Part shown: positions 61,454 to 64,000 of the stretch, piece by piece | How the letters are laid out: each line of letters opens with the position of its first letter | Position numbering within the stretch: position 1 is the stretch's first letter | Made by a program: the position numbers and the translations under genes | Source of the DNA: Candidatus Nomurabacteria bacterium | GTDB taxonomy: Bacteria > Patescibacteriota > Minisyncoccia > Phycocordibacterales > UBA9973 | Length of the DNA: 64,000 bases | Direction of reading: 5' to 3' | Assembly: GCA_023267375.1 (NCBI GenBank) | Contig: JAHFNJ010000005.1 | Coordinates: forward strand, 1,285 to 65,284 | The notes under the pieces: generated by a model | What the model saw: only the letters and a program-made list of their open reading frames with translations | Databases searched by the model: none | What the model was told of the DNA's origin: nothing

Positions 61454-63724
61454 ATGAATTTACTCGCACTCAAGCGTATTGAGATGAATGGATTCAAGTC
61501 ATTCGGTAAAAAGACCGGACTTGATTTCACCACTCCCATCACTTCGATTGTGGGTCCGAACGGTTCTGGAAAATCAAACATCGTTGAATCGATGCGCTTT
61601 GTGCTGGGCGAGCAGTCGATGAAATCAATGCGCGGTAAAGCGGGGAGCGATCTCATCTTCAAGGGCTCGAAAGGCGTCAGTTCGCCATCTCGCGCCTCTG
61701 TCGCTATTACATTTGATAACCGTCAGAAGATTTTCTCTTTTTCAAATTCGGACAAGAATATTCCGCTCGACTACGATGAAGTCACCATTTCTCGTGAAGT
61801 GTATAGCGATGGTGCAAACAAGTATCTCATCAATGGCAGTGAAGTGCGTTTGAAAGATGTTGTAGAGCTGCTTTCGTCAGTGCATATCGGTGCGTCGGGT
61901 CACCATATCATTTCTCAAGGTGAAGCCGATCGTATTCTTTCGTCGTCGGCAAAAGATCGCCGCGCAATGGTGGAAGATGCATTGGGTCTTAAGGTATATC
62001 AATACAAAATAAAAGAGAGTGAACGGAAGCTTGAGAAAACGGAAATCAATATGAAAGAAGTGGTAGCGCTTCGCCGTGAACTTGCACCGCATATAAACTT
62101 TTTGAAAAAACAGGTAGAGAAGATTGAGAAAGCAAATGATATGCGTGGAGAACTTAAAGTGCTCTATCGTGATTATTTCGCTCGTGAGTCTGGATACATT
62201 CGCATGAAAGAAAAGATGCTCGCGGATGAAAAGAATGAGATTCATCACTCAATCAAAGAGTGCGATGCGCAGATTGCAAAATATAAGAACAATGCGCTTC
62301 ACGAAGGAAAAAGCGTGCATACTGAGCATGTGCTCTCACTCGAGAAAGAACTGATAGCACTTCGCAGTAAGAAGGAAGAAATAACCCGCGGTATCGGCAA
62401 GCTTGAAGGTGCACTTGAAATGCTTAAAGTGGAAGAAGAGGCTGGTGAGGAAGCGGCTGAGGGATCAGTACCATTTTCACGCATCAACACGTTGATTGGC
62501 GAAGCGTTAGCGGACATTGAACTTGCGCTCGAAGCAGGAGATATTGAAAATACCAAAAGCGCGCTACAGCTCGTAAAAAATCGCCTGAAAGAATTTTTAC
62601 AGACTACCGCAATTGCCAAAGAAGAAAAAAATACAGAACTCAAAGAGAAAAAAATAGCGGAACTTGAACACAGCAAGAAAATGCTTGCAGAAGAACTCTC
62701 TGGCGTAACTACAAAAGAAAAAACACTGCTTGAAGAAGTGGCAGGTCTTCGTCAGCGTGCCGATGCTGAACGTGCCGCATTTCGTGAAGATGAACGTTTA
62801 TACTACGAGCTTTCTGCAAAGAAAAATGAATTGATCGGTCAAGAAAATGTCCTTAAGATGCAGGAAGAAGCGCTTGCAAAAGTGGTTTCTGAATTTGGCG
62901 AGGAACTTCGCGAAGCGCGTATTTTAGTTGGGGCTGAAGTTACCACGTATGAAGAACTTGTTGGTGAAGCGAGCGACCGCGAGGCCCAAGAAGCGCTCCA
63001 TAAGCGTATTGAACGCATCAAGATAAAACTCGAAGATATCGGCGGGGGTGGTGCAGACACGCTCAAAGAATATGAAGAGACAACCGCACGCGATGCATTT
63101 CTTGCGCGTGAACTCGATGACCTTACCATTTCGATTGAATCGCTCCGTACGCTTATTCGTGAATTGAAAGACAGGCTTGATACCGAGTTCAAAGAGGGAA
63201 TTGAAAAAATAAACCAAGAGTTTCAGAAGTTTTTTGCGCTGATGTTTGGCGGAGGTTCTGCTTTTCTTTCGGTGATTACTGAACACAAACGTGTACGCAA
63301 AAATATTCCAGCTGATGAAGAGCTTGATGAAGACGTTGTACCCGAAGACGAAGGCGAACTCGACTTTGAGCGGGGGATTGAAATCAATGTGTCACTGCCA
63401 CAGAAAAAAGTCCGCGACCTTCATATGCTCTCCGGTGGTGAACGTTCACTCACTTCAATCGCACTTCTTTTTGCCATGTCACAGGTAAATCCACCGCCAT
63501 TTTTAGTGCTCGACGAAACTGATGCTGCGCTCGACGAAGCAAACAGTCGTAAGTATGGCGACATGCTCGAAAATCTTTCTAGGTACTCTCAGCTTATTGT
63601 GGTAACCCATAATCGCGAGACGATGTCTCGCGCCCAAGTGCTCTACGGCATTACAATCGGATCTGATGGTGCCTCAAAACTTCTCTCGATAAAGTTTGAT
63701 GAAGCAGTGCAGATTGCAAAATAG
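61454..63724 (+). CDS. smc: SMC-family ATPase, miniaturised (756 aa), no recognisable hinge motif
   Basis: The N-terminus MNLLALKRIEMNGFKSFGKKTGLDFTTPITSIVGPNGSGKSNIVESMRFVLGEQSMKSMRG is the SMC head signature. The C-terminus has LSGGERSLTSIALLFAM (signature motif) and FLVLDETDAALD (Walker B). About 450 aa of coiled coil lie between them, with no G-rich hinge consensus. It occupies the canonical position downstream of rnc. Confidence 0.7.
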   Translation: MNLLALKRIEMNGFKSFGKKTGLDFTTPITSIVGPNGSGKSNIVESMRFVLGEQSMKSMRGKAGSDLIFKGSKGVSSPSRASVAITFDNRQKIFSFSNSDKNIPLDYDEVTISREVYSDGANKYLINGSEVRLKDVVELLSSVHIGASGHHIISQGEADRILSSSAKDRRAMVEDALGLKVYQYKIKESERKLEKTEINMKEVVALRRELAPHINFLKKQVEKIEKANDMRGELKVLYRDYFARESGYIRMKEKMLADEKNEIHHSIKECDAQIAKYKNNALHEGKSVHTEHVLSLEKELIALRSKKEEITRGIGKLEGALEMLKVEEEAGEEAAEGSVPFSRINTLIGEALADIELALEAGDIENTKSALQLVKNRLKEFLQTTAIAKEEKNTELKEKKIAELEHSKKMLAEELSGVTTKEKTLLEEVAGLRQRADAERAAFREDERLYYELSAKKNELIGQENVLKMQEEALAKVVSEFGEELREARILVGAEVTTYEELVGEASDREAQEALHKRIERIKIKLEDIGGGGADTLKEYEETTARDAFLARELDDLTISIESLRTLIRELKDRLDTEFKEGIEKINQEFQKFFALMFGGGSAFLSVITEHKRVRKNIPADEELDEDVVPEDEGELDFERGIEINVSLPQKKVRDLHMLSGGERSLTSIALLFAMSQVNPPPFLVLDETDAALDEANSRKYGDMLENLSRYSQLIVVTHNRETMSRAQVLYGITIGSDGASKLLSIKFDEAVQIAK

Positions 63725-63727
63725 TAT

Positions 63728-63756
63728 TTGACACACTTAAAAATTACCCCTAGAAT
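63728..63756 (+). promoter_or_regulatory. Near-consensus sigma70 promoter (TTGACA-N17-TAGAAT) upstream of the last ORF
   Basis: TTGACA at 63728-33, a 17-nt spacer, then TAGAAT at 63751-56. An AGGAG Shine-Dalgarno sequence lies at about 63800. Confidence 0.45.
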
Positions 63757-63819
63757 CCTTTATGTTAAAGTTCTTTAACAGCGGCGCTCCGCCGGTCAGG
63801 AGATAATACTGATAGAGCC

Positions 63820-64000
63820 ATGCCAAAAAAATCGCATGTTATCGGTGATATTCCGAAGGATAGGGATCCTTTTGGTTTATCCTTAGACCTGCTTCTCAAG
63901 GTAAGAAGCGGGCATTATTCTTGGGTCAACTTGGCCCTTATGTTACAACGTAAGAACCCTTTCGATCCTCTGCTTATTGCGCAGGAAGAATGGAAAATGT
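63820..64000 (+). CDS. Hypothetical protein, 5' part only (runs off window end)
   Basis: ATG at 63820. Open to the window end: MPKKSHVIGDIPKDRDPFGLSLDLLLKVRSGHYSWVNLALMLQRKNPFDPLLIAQEEWKM.... No confident family assignment. Confidence 0.3.
   Translation, partial: MPKKSHVIGDIPKDRDPFGLSLDLLLKVRSGHYSWVNLALMLQRKNPFDPLLIAQEEWKM

Noticed and set aside
1-64000. Alternative genetic code (UGA read as Gly, as in Gracilibacteria/Absconditabacteria)
   Set aside because: Very long ORFs (1897, 1059 and 993 aa) are uninterrupted under the standard code. Gene ends coincide with canonical stops followed by terminators, so the standard code fits.

Overview
This 64 kb window (about 40-45% GC, almost entirely + strand coding) comes from a compact bacterial genome with standard genetic code: long ORFs carry no in-frame TGA. 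It is a housekeeping backbone interrupted by several AT-rich accessory insertions.

In order along the window:

- **Type IV pilus locus (1-13347):** the 3' end of pilC, four prepilin-like genes with large C-terminal domains, a PilX-like gene, a 1897-aa repetitive secreted protein, a small membrane protein and two tandem major-pilin paralogs.
- **Housekeeping block:** an orphan sensor histidine kinase, pheS (N-terminally truncated) and pheT, gyrB, a membrane protein, an RdgB/Ham1 ITPase, and thrS on the minus strand.
- **tRNA cluster (fMet, Met/Ile2-CAU, Asp):** the fMet and Asp genes are followed 130-170 bp downstream by a partial direct copy of their own 3' end. A second cluster (tRNA-Thr GGU and CGU, 59013-59433) shows the same pattern, with an insert homologous to the fMet one.
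- **AT-rich islet next to the first tRNA cluster:** an asparagine-synthetase-like amidotransferase with an unusual ~500-aa C-terminal extension, an ArsR regulator and a LUD-domain protein.
- **Secreted beta-propeller cluster:** a Big+NHL protein, an SBBP protein with a T9SS-type C-terminal sorting tail, a BNR propeller, a secreted vWA protein and a K/E-rich protein.
- **Oxidative pentose-phosphate operon:** pgl, a YqeC-type gnd and zwf, with a 192-bp nested inverted-repeat element directly in front of zwf.
- **Near-complete de novo purine cluster:** purL, purQ, purF, purN, purD, purK, purE, purM, purC and purB. It is interrupted by an AT-rich Cys-rich zinc-ribbon protein, a P-loop kinase-like protein, and a ~500-bp gap holding a small ORF and a terminator.
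- **Tail of the window:** rpmF, a NusB-NUDIX fusion, a run of CTAG heptamer repeats, rnc, a miniaturised (756 aa) SMC, and a partial ORF.

Several strong intrinsic terminators were found. Three genes have an extended -10 element only 7-9 nt upstream of the ATG, suggesting leaderless mRNAs. No CRISPR array, rRNA gene or recognisable transposase was found.

The most novel candidates are the pilin-fused large adhesin-like proteins with a shared Cys motif, the small tRNA-3'-end-associated elements with covarying hairpins, the AsnB fusion islet, the Cys-rich protein embedded in the pur operon, and the hingeless mini-SMC.
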